Part shown: one piece after another, positions 49,432 through 61,925 of the stretch
Position numbering within the stretch: the stretch's first letter is position 1
Layout: each line of letters opens with the position of its first letter
Source: Macrostomum hystrix
Taxonomy: Eukaryota; Animalia; Platyhelminthes
NCBI GenBank assembly: GCA_950097015.1
Contig: CATNEN010000029.1
Span: forward strand, 124,001 to 188,000
Direction of reading: 5' to 3'
Length of the DNA: 64,000 nucleotides
The notes under the pieces: model-generated
What the model saw: the letters and a program-made list of their open reading frames with translations, nothing else
What the model was told of the DNA's origin: nothing
The model's database searches: none
Made by a program: the position numbers and the translations under genes

Positions 49432-52400
49432 TTGCTGAAGTTCCCGATCCTTCTTTCCTAGGCGCCTTGGAGACGAATCTGTGTAATGTTTATTATTATT
49501 TTTTTCTAGCCTTGTTCCTAGCGCATTGCACTTAATCAAGCCATATTACGATTTAATCAGAGAGCTATTTTTAGTTTGCTTCTTGCGTCCTGGTAGGAGT
49601 CGGGGTATAGAGGAAGTAGACTGGGGTGACAGACTGTAAATTGCAGGAAGGTCGAGAGGAAAATGCAAATTCTTCCCGCATCGTACTCAAAATACCATCC
49701 AGAAGGTGAGCCGCAGCACTTCCTTCAGGCAGGGGCGCATTCAGGCGAGATCCACAGTATAAGTTTTCCTTATAACTACCGTGCACTATGCGTACCATCG
49801 CTTCTATTAGTAGGACTGAAAAATATGCTGCGTTGAAGAAAGATAGAAATTTTCGATTCTATCTGCGATTCTATAATTAAAAAATTCGATTGAGAGAGAG
49901 AATGATGGAAAAGTAGATGGAAGTGATATACGGAGTGACGATTCAGAGGGAAACGGAAGCTGGGGAGGAGAGAGGGAAGCTGGAGAGGATAGAGGAAGCT
50001 GGAGAAGAGAGAGGAAGCTGGAGAAGAGAGAGGAAGCTGGAGAAGAGAGAGGAAGCTGGATAGGATAGAGGGAAGCTGGAGGGGAGAGAGGAAGCTGGAG
50101 AGGGAGAAACGGAAGCTGGAGATGAGAGAGGAAAGCTGGAGGGGAGAGAGGGAAGCTGGAGAGGAGAGAGGGAAGCTGGAGAGGATAGAGGGAAGCTGGA
50201 GAGGATAGAGGGAAGCTGGAGAGGAGAGAGGGAAGCTGGAAAGGGAGAAACGGAAGCTGGAGATGAGAGAGGAAGCAGGAGATCCCCGTATAAGATCGCT
50301 GCTTCATTCATTCATTCTTCAGTCAGCAATGTCGAGGCAGTATCAAGCACTGATGGCTGGTGACTCACCCGTGCTTGACTTGGAACTCCGCTGGTTCAGC
50401 TGGGCTACATTCAAATAGCCATTGCTGGCTGATTCGAAGGATCCGACACCGGCGACACCGGCGACGCCGCTTCGAGGGCCGTCGTCCATGACGTCGGACA
50501 TCCACTTTGGGCTAGTACTGGTCTTGAGTTCCAGCTCCTAGGGGAGAATAGGAGGATAGAGTTTCGCCTATACCATGGCGGATAATATTTGCACTTTTAT
50601 GCAAAAGCAGCCGGCAGAATTGCTGGCTTGGGTCGTCAGTTTTGTTAGTAAATTTGTTTGCCAAGAAGAAAGAAAAACACTCGGAATGCATTAGCATGCC
50701 AGGCCAATGGAGAGGGAGAATTCGCCTCACTTCCTGAGCCCATCTCCCACTGCCAGTATTGATTGGCAGCAGGATTTGTTCGCAACAGAAATAAAGGCAG
50801 AAGGGAGAGTGTGGTATGGAAGAGGAAGCCTATATTGAACTGGTTCTTAATATAAACCGATTCGAGTTCGTTTTTTGCAAGAAAACTAAAAGCTGGTCAG
50901 TGAAAGCAGAAAGTCCTTTCCTTTTTTCTGTTGCCCATGGCAAACAGGTTGTTCTCGAGTTTCTTAAGAACAGTTTCTTTATATTTCGACCGAGACTTTG
51001 AGCAGTGCTCAGAAGTATCAAGATTGTGACAGAGTCAGCGATTTGCCACCGGAGGCTTGACCTCCAGTGGGCTCAAAAGCAGGCTACTCAACTGAAGAAG
51101 ACTAGACAAGCGCATTAGAGTGAGGAGACTGCTCTGGGATTTCCTGAGAGGGGAAAGGAGTCTGGGGAATAAATTCAAGGAAATTTGCATTTCTCCCAAG
51201 GCCTGGAGGAAAGCGGAGAGTGAGAGGCGAGAGACGGTTGCAGCTCATATGGTCTGTTTACCCATTCTCTCTTTTTCTCTCTCCATTTCCTTCGCACTAC
51301 CTTCGCCTTCTGCAGTATCTGGGCAGTCTTGGACTTGCTTCCTATTCTTTGACGCTCTGGGTTCTCATTTTTTTAAAGAACCGATCCCAACTGAAAGCCT
51401 CAACCATGTCGAGAGAGATCCCCACTCTTCACAAATTGTACAGCATGCATTATTCCCCCTGGGATAAAAACTGATGATTTGCGAATTTGGGGAGAATTAT
51501 TTCACCTGAAGCCCAAGATTAAGACTAGAATTGAAATTAAAATTGTAAGATCAGGCCAGGTCAGCCGGATTACACTTACACTGCGCCTAAACATGCAACT
51601 AATCAAAAACTGTTCGACCAATACCCAATGCAATCTTAGGCAGTCGCTGCAATCTCTTATCGACCGGCTATGGGACAGGCATCAGCTCTGCATAATCTAC
51701 CAGTAGACACCCTGATTAGAGTCTTGACACAGTCTCTAGATAAACTTTATAGATATTTCTATCTCTAGACACCCTATCTACCAGTAGACACCCTGATTAG
51801 AGTCTTGACACAGTCTCTAGATAAACTTTATAGATATTTCTATCTCTAGACACCCTATCTACTAGTAGACACCCTGATTAGAGTCTTGACACAGTCTCTA
51901 GATAAACTTTATAGATATTTCTATCTCTAGACACCCTATCTACCAGTAGACACCCTGATTAGAGTCTTGACACAGTCTCTAGATAAACTTTATAGATATT
52001 TCTATCTCTAGACACCCTATCTACTAGTAGACACCCTGATTAGAGTCTTGACACAGTCTCTAGATAAACTTTATAGATATTTATATCTCTAGACACCCTA
52101 TCTACTAGTAGACACCCTGATTAGAGTCCAGACATAGTCTCTAGATAAACTTTATAGATATTTCTATCTCTAGACACCCTATCTACTAGTAGACACCCTG
52201 ATTAGAGTCTTGACACAGTCTCTAGATAAACTTTATAGATATTTCTATCTCTAGACACCCTATCTACTAGTAGACACCCTGATTAGAGTCTTGACACAGT
52301 CTCTAGATAAACTTTATAGATATTTCTATCTCTAGACACCCTATCTACCAGTAGACACCCTGATTAGAGTCTTGACACAGTCTCTAGATAAACTTTATAG

Positions 52401-55400
52401 ATATTTCTATCTCTAGACACCCTATCTACTAGTAGACACCCTGATTAGAGTCTTGACACAGTCTCTAGATAAACTTTATAGATATTTCTATCTCTAGACA
52501 CCCTATCTACCAGTAGACACCCTGATTAGAGTCTTGACACAGTCTCTAGATAAACTTTATAGATATTTCTATCTCTAGACACCCTATCTACTAGTAGACA
52601 CCCTGATTAGAGTCTTGACACAGTCTCTAGATAAACTTTATAGATATTTCTATCTCTAGACACCCTATCTACTAGTAGACACCCTGATTAGAGTCTTGAC
52701 ACAGTCTCTAGATAAACTTTATAGATATTTCTATCTCTAGACACCCTATCTACCAGTAGACACCCTGATTAGAGTCTTGACACAGTCTCTAGATAAACTT
52801 TATAGATATTTCTATCTCTAGACACCCTATCTACTAGTAGACACCCTGATTAGAGTCTTGACACAGTCTCTAGATAAACTTTATAGATATTTATATCTCT
52901 AGACACCCTATCTACTAGTAGACACCCTGATTAGAGTCCAGACATAGTCTCTAGATAAACTTTATAGATATTTCTATCTCTAGACACCCTATCTACCAGT
53001 AGACACCCTGATTAGAGTCTTGACACAGTCTCTAGATAAACTTTATAGATATTTCTATCTCTAGACACCCTATCTACTAGTAGACACCCTGATTAGAGTC
53101 TTGACACAGTCTCTAGATAAACTTTATAGATATTTCTATCTCTAGACACCCTATCTACTAGTAGACACCCTGATTAGAGTCTTGACACAGTCTCTAGATA
53201 AACTTTATAGATATTTCTATCTCTAGACACCCTATCTACTAGTAGACACCCTGATTAGAGTCTTGACACAGTCTCTAGATAAACTTTATAGATATTTCTA
53301 TCTCTAGACACCCTATCTACCAGTAGACACCCTGATTAGAGTCTTGACACAGTCTCTAGATAAACTTTATAGATATTTCTATCTCTAGACACCCTATCTA
53401 CCAGTAGACACCCTGATTAGAGTCTTGACACAGTCTCTAGATAAACTTTATAGATATTTCTATCTCTAGACACCCTATCTACCAGTAGACACCCTGATTA
53501 GAGTCTTGACACAGTCTCTAGATAAACTTTATAGATATTTATATCTCTAGACACCCTATCTACTAGTAGACACCCTGATTAGAGTCCAGACATAGTCTCT
53601 AGATAAACTTTATAGATATTTATATCTCTAGACACCCTATCTACTATTAGACACCCTGATTAGAGTCTTGACACAGTCTCTAGATAAACTTTATAGATAT
53701 TTCTATCTCTAGACACCCTATCTACTAGTAGACACCCTGATTAGAGTCTTGACACAGTCTCTAGATAAACTTTATAGATATTTCTATCTCTAGACACCCT
53801 ATCTACTAGTAGACACCCTGAATAGAGTCTTGACACAGTCTCTAGATAAACTTTATAGATATTTCTATCTCTAGACACCCTATCTACTAGTAGACACCCT
53901 GATTAGAGTCTTGACACAGTCTCTAGATAAACTTTATAGATATTTCTATCTCTAGACACCCTATCTACTAGTAGACACCCTGAGTAGAGTCTTGACACAG
54001 TTTCTATAGATATTATATAGTTTTATAGATATACTTACGTCTAGATGCCCTTCACTAGACAATCTCTAGGCACCTATGTCTGGACTCTAATCAAGGTGTC
54101 TACTGGTAGATAGGGTGTCTAGAGATTTATAGTATCTCTAGATGCTCTAGACACCCGCCGATAACCTAATCTATGGTAAGGTCTATAAACGAGTTGCATA
54201 AAAAATAAAAGGGTTATAAAACAAGGATAATGTCTATTGTCATTTATCTAGTGCCCGAGTTTCTAAATTTGATTACATTTAGGTACATAGCCCGCATGTC
54301 ATCATTTCTTAAGCAATAAGCAATTTCTTAAACAAAACTGAAGCAAAGCTGAAAATTTTGACATTTTGTGTAAACAGTGGGTGATCTAAAATTTGGACCA
54401 ATGGATTCCCGAAATGAGGATGTAGGTCAGCAAAAGAAAACTAATTTTTAATCTCAATTTTCTTAATCCCTACCTGTTATTTCCTGGAATTGCAAAACAC
54501 GCGCAGAAATAGAATTAATTCACTCACCCGTTTGAGTTTCATGAACGGACGGGACAGAAAGTTAATCATAGCTGCCTGCTCAAACTACGGGAGAAACTCG
54601 CTTTTAAGTTTGAAAGTGAAGAATAAGAAGAAGAAGACGAGGAGGAGGGAGAGCTCGGATTTTCGATCGAATCCCAAGTCCAGGAGAGGACAGCGACTGA
54701 GATTGAGACCGGCTGAGGGTAGCGGCTAGACAAGATGGAAGTCTAAACCTCCTCAGAGACCATCAAGGATCTCTTAGTCGAGTCTCTCTACGATGTCGCT
54801 GGCCTCAGAAGCTTCAGACTCAACTGAGAGATAGATGAGTGAGATGCAGAATAGATCAAATACAGGAACTGAGGCTTAGATTGACGGGGGTGGAGAGAGG
54901 AGTTCAACCACGAAGTAGGCAGAACTGTCGAGTACATTGGGACAGAGAGGCGGCGAGTAGAGCGGAGAGGAGGAGCGGAGGAAGGTTGGGAAGAGACAGA
55001 CGCTGAGAGAGGAGGGCAGGCGGGCGGGCAGATGGAGGCTGTGGCGCGGACAGGCCAGGGTGGGACAGACAGACAGAGGCCGCCAAGCAGAGAAGAACCC
55101 GGGCATTGGTTGGGCGGCAACGGTTTTGGAGAATGCTTTCTGGAGAGCTTTGGGATCGCTCCTAACTGGAGGAAGAGGGAGGGGGATGTTAGGGGATAAC
55201 AGGGGATGGGGGTCATACGGAGCCTTGATTTTCTGCTCATTCGCGCGTGGCGGACGAGACGGGGAAGGCGAGGTCCGGGAACGGGACAATGCACATGGCC
55301 TCATTCTGTTTCTGCGGTTGGCATCCTGGATTCAAATATTTCTGCTAACCAATCTTTTGGTTAGCTACTAAAGCTTTTGCTGCGTAGTTAGGACAACAGG

Positions 55401-58400
55401 CCTTCAACAGCTTTCAGCAACGCCACACTGCGATTGTTGTCTATGGTAAACTTTCCGTTTATCCGCCCCGGGCGAGCGGGAAATAAATTATTTATTTCCC
55501 GGGGCAAATAAATGAAATGCTTTAAGACAGACTGCGTTGGCGGACAAACGGGGAATAGATGAGAAATATTAAACATTTATTTCGGCTCCCTAGGATGGAA
55601 GGCTCGAGGCGCAAATTTATTGACCGAGGCGAAGCCGAGTGCCTTTCCACCCTAGACAGCCGAAATAAATGGGAAATATGGTATGCATTCCCCGTTTGCC
55701 CGCGAACTTTGATTGTACTTTTATGCTCTGTGTATAAACTCTGACTCTCTCTCTCTCTCGGACTCTCTCCATAGTCTATGGTAAAAAGCAGACCTGTTTG
55801 AAGAAGAAGCGTCTGTGGTAAAAAGTGTACACTAGGCGTGTAAGGCTGGAAATGCTGTCTGAGCTATGGCTTGCTTTGAGCTACGTTCTTTTTATCCCCC
55901 CCCAGACGTCCGTGAGTTGTCTATGGTAAACGTTCCGTTTATCCGCCCCGGGCGAGCGGTAAATAAACTATTTATTTCCCGGGGCAAATAAATGAAATGC
56001 TTTAAGATATAGACTGCTTTGGCGGACAAACGGGAATACAAACAATACTAGGATTAGGTGCCAGTTCTGTCAATCTTAATCGGTTTGGAAACCAGATTAT
56101 TAAAGTGCTAAAGAAGCCATTCTAATATTCGCCAATATGCTACAGGGCAGGTCAGCAGTATACTAAATGCATAATTTACACAGTCCTCGCCACACGCAGC
56201 CGAGTCTATCTGAAAGCGGCTGAGCGGACACTTGGGAGTTTCCTGACCCGAGCAATTAGAGAAGCCCAGCCGCGGCAATAAATCATGTCCGGGGCATCAG
56301 TGAGAGAAAGAGAGACAGGGAGAGAAGGGGCCGTTTAATCATTCGCCAGAGAAGGAACGAGAGCCATGAGACGGGCGAGAGTGCCCCGGGTGACGACCCG
56401 TCAGGGGTGCTGCTGCTGCTGCTGCTGCTGCTTCTAAAAGACGTTAAAACCTAGGCCAGTCAATCCGAGTGCGAGATGGAAGTGGCCGCTTTGCGGCTTC
56501 ATTTCACTTTATTCTTCCAATTTTCCTGGGCAACCAACTAGCCACCGGTGGAAATTGAAGCGTCAATCAAATACTGCTCCCCCTTCACTTTTGCCTCGCT
56601 GACCATCAGTCATGCAGTGGGCACTGAATTCTCTGATTCAACCCAAAAACCCAATCCGAATTCTCATCTCGCTTCTTCCTCAGCACTGGCTCTAAAATCT
56701 TTGCTACATGTTGGGTCTTCAATTCGACCAGCTCTTCACTTTAATTCTCTCTGGATTTATATTTCGGTCCTTCCGACCAATCCGTCACTCTCCCTTACTC
56801 TCCCTTACTCTCCCTCACTCTCCCTTACTCTCCCTCACTCTCCCTTACTCTTCCTTACTCTCCCTCACTCTTCCTTACTCTCCGTCACGCTCCCTCACTC
56901 TCCCTCACTCTCCCTTACTCTCCCTCACTCTTCCTTACTCTCCGTCACTCTCCCTTACTCTCCCTCACTCTCCCTCACTCTTCCTTACTCTCCGTCACTC
57001 TCCCTTACTCTCCCTCACTCTTCCTTACTCCCCGTCACTCTCCGTCACTATCCGTCACTCTCTGTCACTCTCCGTCGCTTTCCGTCACTTTCCCTCACTC
57101 TCCCTTTTCAATATAAGCTCCGTTTCTTCCCAGCTCCCTGTGTTAGTTACACTCTCAACTGTATTGCCCCAGCAATTGTCATACAATCTCATTCTGTATT
57201 GAATGCGCATCTAATAACTACAAAATTTCTTAAGACAATGACTGCAGACAACTTCAATCTTTCAATGAAGCAGCTATTAGCAGGGCTATTAAAGTCTTTT
57301 CACTAATCGATTTTCATCAGGGTTGAATACAATGAGTCTGACAGCAGTTCTTATCGATTAGCCAATCCATAATAGAACTCAGTAGAAGCAGCAACAACAA
57401 CAGCAGCAGCAGCAGCAGCAGCAATAGCATCATACTTTTCCTGGAATCCAGTTTTAGTTTTTCTTCCCAATCAGAATCCCTTCCACGCAAACCTAAGAGC
57501 CATTGTTCACTGGCCTGTCAGGTCTCATGCCAACCATCAATCAATTGATTGGGCCTCACAGCATGGGGCACAGAGCTGCAACTGTGGCAACACACTGACC
57601 CTAAGCTACTGTTTTATAGTTTATAGCAGAGCTGTTTAGAATCTTCCTGGGCAAATTCAAAATCCGACCCCTCCAACTTAAGAATCCTTATCAATCTAAA
57701 AAATACTCAAACCTACTTAACCTTACTCAACAACCTACTCAACTTTACTCAACAACCTACTCAACCTTACTCAACAAAATACCTCAAATTTGACCCAGCA
57801 ACCTACCCGATATCACCCAGCAACCTACCCAACATCGCCCATCAACCTACCCGATATCACCCAGCAACCTACCCGATATCTCCCAGCAACCTACCCGATA
57901 TCTCCCAGCAATCTACCCGACCAACACAACCCACCCAATCCACACCACCCTTGCCGAGATAAAAACAGACCATTGTATCGAATACCTGAGCAGCATCGGT
58001 GGCAGAAGCCGTTGTCGAGCTGGCTGATGTCAGGCCATCCAACAAGCTGCTGGTCGCGCTGTCAGTTTCGTCCTCGCAATTGTCCAGCTGCGGGTCATTT
58101 TGATCGTCGTACAGACCAAATTTTCCCCGCGTCGGCAGAGTGTAAGTTCCCGTCTCGCTGTGCGCGTAGCCAGAACCTTCGCCAATGTTGTCGACGTCAA
58201 TTTTGTCGACGTCGCCATCATCAATGCAGTGATTGCCGTTAAAAAGTCGTTCAAATAGGAACCGTTTCTCTCCAACGGGCATCGTCGGAGGCATCGATAG
58301 CGGCGGTGGCGGAGGCGGTGGCGGTGGTGGCGGCGGTGGCGGCGGCGGCGGTGGTTGCGGGGGCGGGGCCTTGACCAGCCGGGCTGAACGCAATGGAGGA

Positions 58401-59475
58401 GGCGGCGGCGGCGGCGCTCGCCTTGAAGGCGGCTGACTTGATCGACTTGTCGAAATTGTCGGCGACACAGGTTTTTCTGCCGCCTTCGTCGCAGCCTTTT
58501 TTAGGATCGGAGCGCGGCATCGCGCAGAGGTCGATGAAGGCAGAGCGGACGCTGACGAAGGGCGAATTTGCGCTGAGGCGGTTGACGAAGATGACGACGG
58601 TATGCGCACCGTTCTCGATCCGGTGCCGGATGCGGCAGCAGTCGATTGTTGTCTTTGTCGTGGTTGCGGCTGCTTCTGCGTAAACTGTTGCCTTCTTTGC
58701 AGCAGCTGCTGCTGCAGCTGCTGTTGCTGCTGTTGCTGTTTCTGAGAGCGCCTGTGGGTGGAGACGGAATACCTAAAGCTAGTGATGATAGTACACCTCA
58801 GGGTGGAGATTATGGGACACCTGAGGCTAGAGATGCAGATGGGACACCTGAGGTTAGAGATGATAGGACACCTGAGGCTAGAGATGATAGGACACCTGAG
58901 GCTAGAGATGATAGGTCACCTGAGGCTAGAGATGATGGGACACCTGAGGCTAGAGGTGATGGGACACCTGAGACTAGAGATGGTAGGACACCAGGGTGGA
59001 GAGAACGGTTTGTCCAACCTGGGCAAAGGTGGCTGCTGCTGCTGTTGCTGCTCCGAGTGCGCGCGCTGCATTCTCTGCCGCAGCTCTTCCAGCCGCCGCT
59101 GCTTGGATTGTTCCCGCTCCTGGAAGCTGCGCCTAATCCGCGGCGGCATTAGCCGGCCGCTTAGAAAATCCGTCGCCGACTCGGTCTCTGACGAAGCAAT
59201 AGTTGTGTCAGCCGACTCATCGAATGAAATCACAAACGCCTGGGCTAGGCGCGAAGAAATCGGCGCCGAAGTCTTCTTCTGGAAGGAGTCGCCGATGCGA
59301 TCCGCGCTAGCAGAATCGTTGTCGAAGGAGATGACGAATGCTTCGGCTTGTCGAATTGTCGGCGGAGGCGGCGGCGGAGGCGGATGCGATTCCATGGGTC
59401 GTTCTGCAGCCACGGAGGCAGGCGGGCTGTCACTGTCGTTAGTCAAGCCCCACCATGCTGGCTGACCGAATAGTT
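46441..59475 (-). CDS. CEP170: CEP170/CEP170B-like protein, divergent and low-complexity (N-terminal FHA exons not found)
   Basis: Exons 59019-59475, 57986-58751, 50369-50537, 48130-49478, 47304-47736, 46441-46601; phases match. Motifs in CEP170 order (from memory): LFGQPAWWG ~ PLYGQPSWWG; AFVISFD ~ AFTIEFD; SETGTYTL ~ SDKGTYTI; DTVLAASLLQMSCKLRRCSDELLAKLR ~ [44 protein letters not shown] ~ LKRVEKQLQAINAMIDP. Confidence 0.75.
46880..47275. repeat. 14-bp intronic minisatellite (agaaatcgggatt(t/a))
   Basis: Tandem units with an internal block duplication (ccgttgtaccgggactta occurs twice). Confidence 0.93.
49960..50280. repeat. Purine-rich intronic repeat (gagagaggaagctgga-like)
   Basis: Recurrent ggaagctgga units. 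Confidence 0.9.
51695..54005. repeat. 81-bp satellite, ~28 copies, intronic
   Basis: Period of 81 measured (51721 to 51802); two TCTAGA sites per unit. Confidence 0.98.
55541..55703. mobile_element. Foldback palindrome, probable MITE core
   Basis: Nested inverted arms: gcggacaaacggggaat/attccccgtttgcccgc, catttatttcggct/agccgaaataaatg (14/14), ctaggatggaagg/cctttccaccctag. The left flank 55441-55560 is repeated at 55921-56040. Confidence 0.7.
56770..57105. repeat. Pyrimidine-rich 10/20-bp repeat (tcactctcccttactctccc)
   Basis: Tandem units. Confidence 0.92.
58790..58995. repeat. 24-bp intronic minisatellite (gacacctgaggctagagatgatag)
   Basis: About 8 units. Confidence 0.93.
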
Positions 59476-59579
59476 CTGCGGGTTAATTCGGTTTTAGGCG
59501 AATGGTATCTGTAGAAGGTGGATTCTGGACATCCTGAGGTTGCTTCAGACGCATCAGAATGAATGTAGAACTCCTTAAT

Positions 59580-60302
59580 ATTGAAATGGCACACCTGAGG
59601 ATAGAAATGGCACACCTGAGGATAGAAATGACACACCTGAGGATAGAAATGGCACACCTGAGGATAGGAATGGCACACCTGAGGATAGAAATGACACACC
59701 TAAAGGATAGAAATGGCACACCTGAGGATAGAAATGACACACCTGAGGATAGAAATGACACACCTGAGGATAGAAATGACACACCTAAAGGATAGAAATG
59801 ACACACCTAAAGGATAGAAATGGCACACCTGAGGATAGAAATGACACACCTGAGGATAGAAATGACACACATGAGGATAGAAATGACACACCTGAGGATA
59901 GAAATGGCACACCTGAGGATAGAAATGACACACCTGAGGATAGAAATGGCACACCTGAGGATAGAAATGGCACACCTGAGGATAGAAATGACACACCTGA
60001 GGATAGAAATGACACACCTAAAGGATAGAAATGGCACACCTGAGGATAGAAATGACACACCTGAGGATAGAAATGACACACATGAGGATAGAAATGACAC
60101 ACCTGAGGATAGAAATGACACACATGAGGATAGAAATGACACACCTGAGGATAGAAATGGCACACCTGAGGATAGAAATGACACACCTGAGGATAGAAAT
60201 GGCACACCTGAGGATAGAAATGGCACACCTGAGGATAGAAATGGCACACCTGAGGATAGAGATGGCACACCTAAAGGATAGAAATGACACCTGAGGATAG
60301 AC
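59580..60302. repeat. 21/22-bp intronic minisatellite (acacctgaggatagaaatg(a/g)c)
   Basis: About 34 units. Confidence 0.97.
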
Positions 60303-60970
60303 ACGGAACAATCACTTTGAGCTCAGCAACAAATCAAAGAATCAAAGAACAAATCATAGAATTTTCTAGAAAAGATGGTTACAGATGAGGATGGTGATTT
60401 AAGCTGGCAAAGCTTAGGAGAACAAAATTGGGCCGGTAATTACAGAATAAAGCAGCTAGAGCTATTAGGATAAACTCCCCATCCGCTTCATAATCTCGGC
60501 TTTCCTTTTTTCTTCACTCAATTACCCCGCCTGTGTCTCCCTTGCCCCTAAGCCAAATCCTGTCTCTAATTTGCCTGTCATTGTCGAGTCTAAGGAGGCT
60601 GAATGACAGATGCAAAGGCCTCTCTGCGAGATCTGCCCATGCAATCTGAAAAGACAAGACAAGAATAGCTAGTTCAACAACTTGTCATCAGCAGGGAAGC
60701 ATGGGATAATTATGAAGGCCAAACTCCCCCGAGCTCAGTGAGAGAGGCTTTTAATTCAGACTCTGACGGCCGTGCAGGGCGCTCTGGGAACAAATTAGAA
60801 TGATATTTGTCTCGCCATCGCTTTTGTAGCACTCTGTAGAGCACTCTGTAGAGCACTCAGTTGAGCACTCTGTAGAGCACTTGGTAAAGCACTCAATAGA
60901 GAACTTTGTGGCTCTCCTGATAAGTGTAATGCAGGTAGAAGCAACATAACAATTTGGAATCAATTATTAC

Positions 60971-61925
60971 CTTTAATTCTTTGTCTTCCGCAGAAAACGC
61001 GCGGAACTTCACCCGCCGCTGCCTCGCCTTGTGATGCGTTCCGCTCCCGCGCCTCATTCGGTTGGTTAAAATCTGCGGTGGACACATTCGAATGTTCGTC
61101 CAGACAGGTAGCGGTGGACACATTCGACTGTTCGTCCAGACAGGTAGCGGTGGACACATTCGACTGTTTGTCCAGACAGGTAGCGGTGGACACATTCGAC
61201 TGTCCGTCCAGACAGGTAGCGGTGGACACATTCGACTGTCCGTCCAGACAGGTAGCGGTGGACACATTCGACTGTCCGTCCAGACAGGTAGCGGTGGACA
61301 CATTCGACTGTTTGTCCAGACAGGTAGCGGTGGACACCTTCGACTGTTCGTCCAGACAGGTAGCGGTGGACACCTTCGACTGTTCGTCCAGACAGGTAGC
61401 GGTGGACACATTCGACTGTTCGTCCAGACAGATAGCGGTGGACACATTCGACTGTCCTTCTGGACAGATAGCGGTGGACACCTTCGACTGTCCTTCTGGA
61501 CAGATAGCGGTGGATACCTTCGACTGTCCTTCTGGACAGATAGCGGTGGACACCTTCGACTGTCCTTCTGGACAGATAGCGGTGGACACCTTCGACTGTC
61601 CTTCTGGACAGATAGCGGTGGATACCTTCGACTGTCCTTCTGGACAGATAGCGGTGGACACCTTCGACTGTCCTTCTGGACAGATAGCGGTGGACACCTT
61701 CGACTGTCCTTCTGGACAGATAGCGGTGGATACATTCGACGTTTCTCCGAGACAGGCATCGGAGGACACCTTGTGCGAATCAGTATTGACAATCGCCTCA
61801 TCGCAGCCAGTCTGTCCCGTGTTGTCATAGCTCAGCAGTTTTTTCTCGTGGTAGCCGCACAGTCGGCCGACTTGGGCATGTCGGCGCAGGTCGCTCGAGT
61901 TCTGCTCATCACCCAGCTGGCAAGC
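60971..61925 (-). CDS. Probable coding exon containing ~18 copies of a 12-aa repeat (SKVSTAICPEGQ / SNVSTATCLDEQ); possibly part of the CEP170-like gene
   Basis: AG acceptor at 61926, stop-free frame through unique flanks and repeat, G|GTAATA donor at 60970 (phase 1) matching the phase-1 acceptor at 59475. The linkage is inferred. Confidence 0.5.

Noticed and set aside
49571-49798. 75-aa minus-strand ORF inside the CEP170-like gene
   Set aside because: No compatible donor and no motif; the flanking exons join in phase without it.
60520-60900. Possible extra minus-strand exons (good acceptor near 60647; KRWRDKYHSNLF frame)
   Set aside because: Phases and donors could not be reconciled with neighbouring exons; left unresolved.
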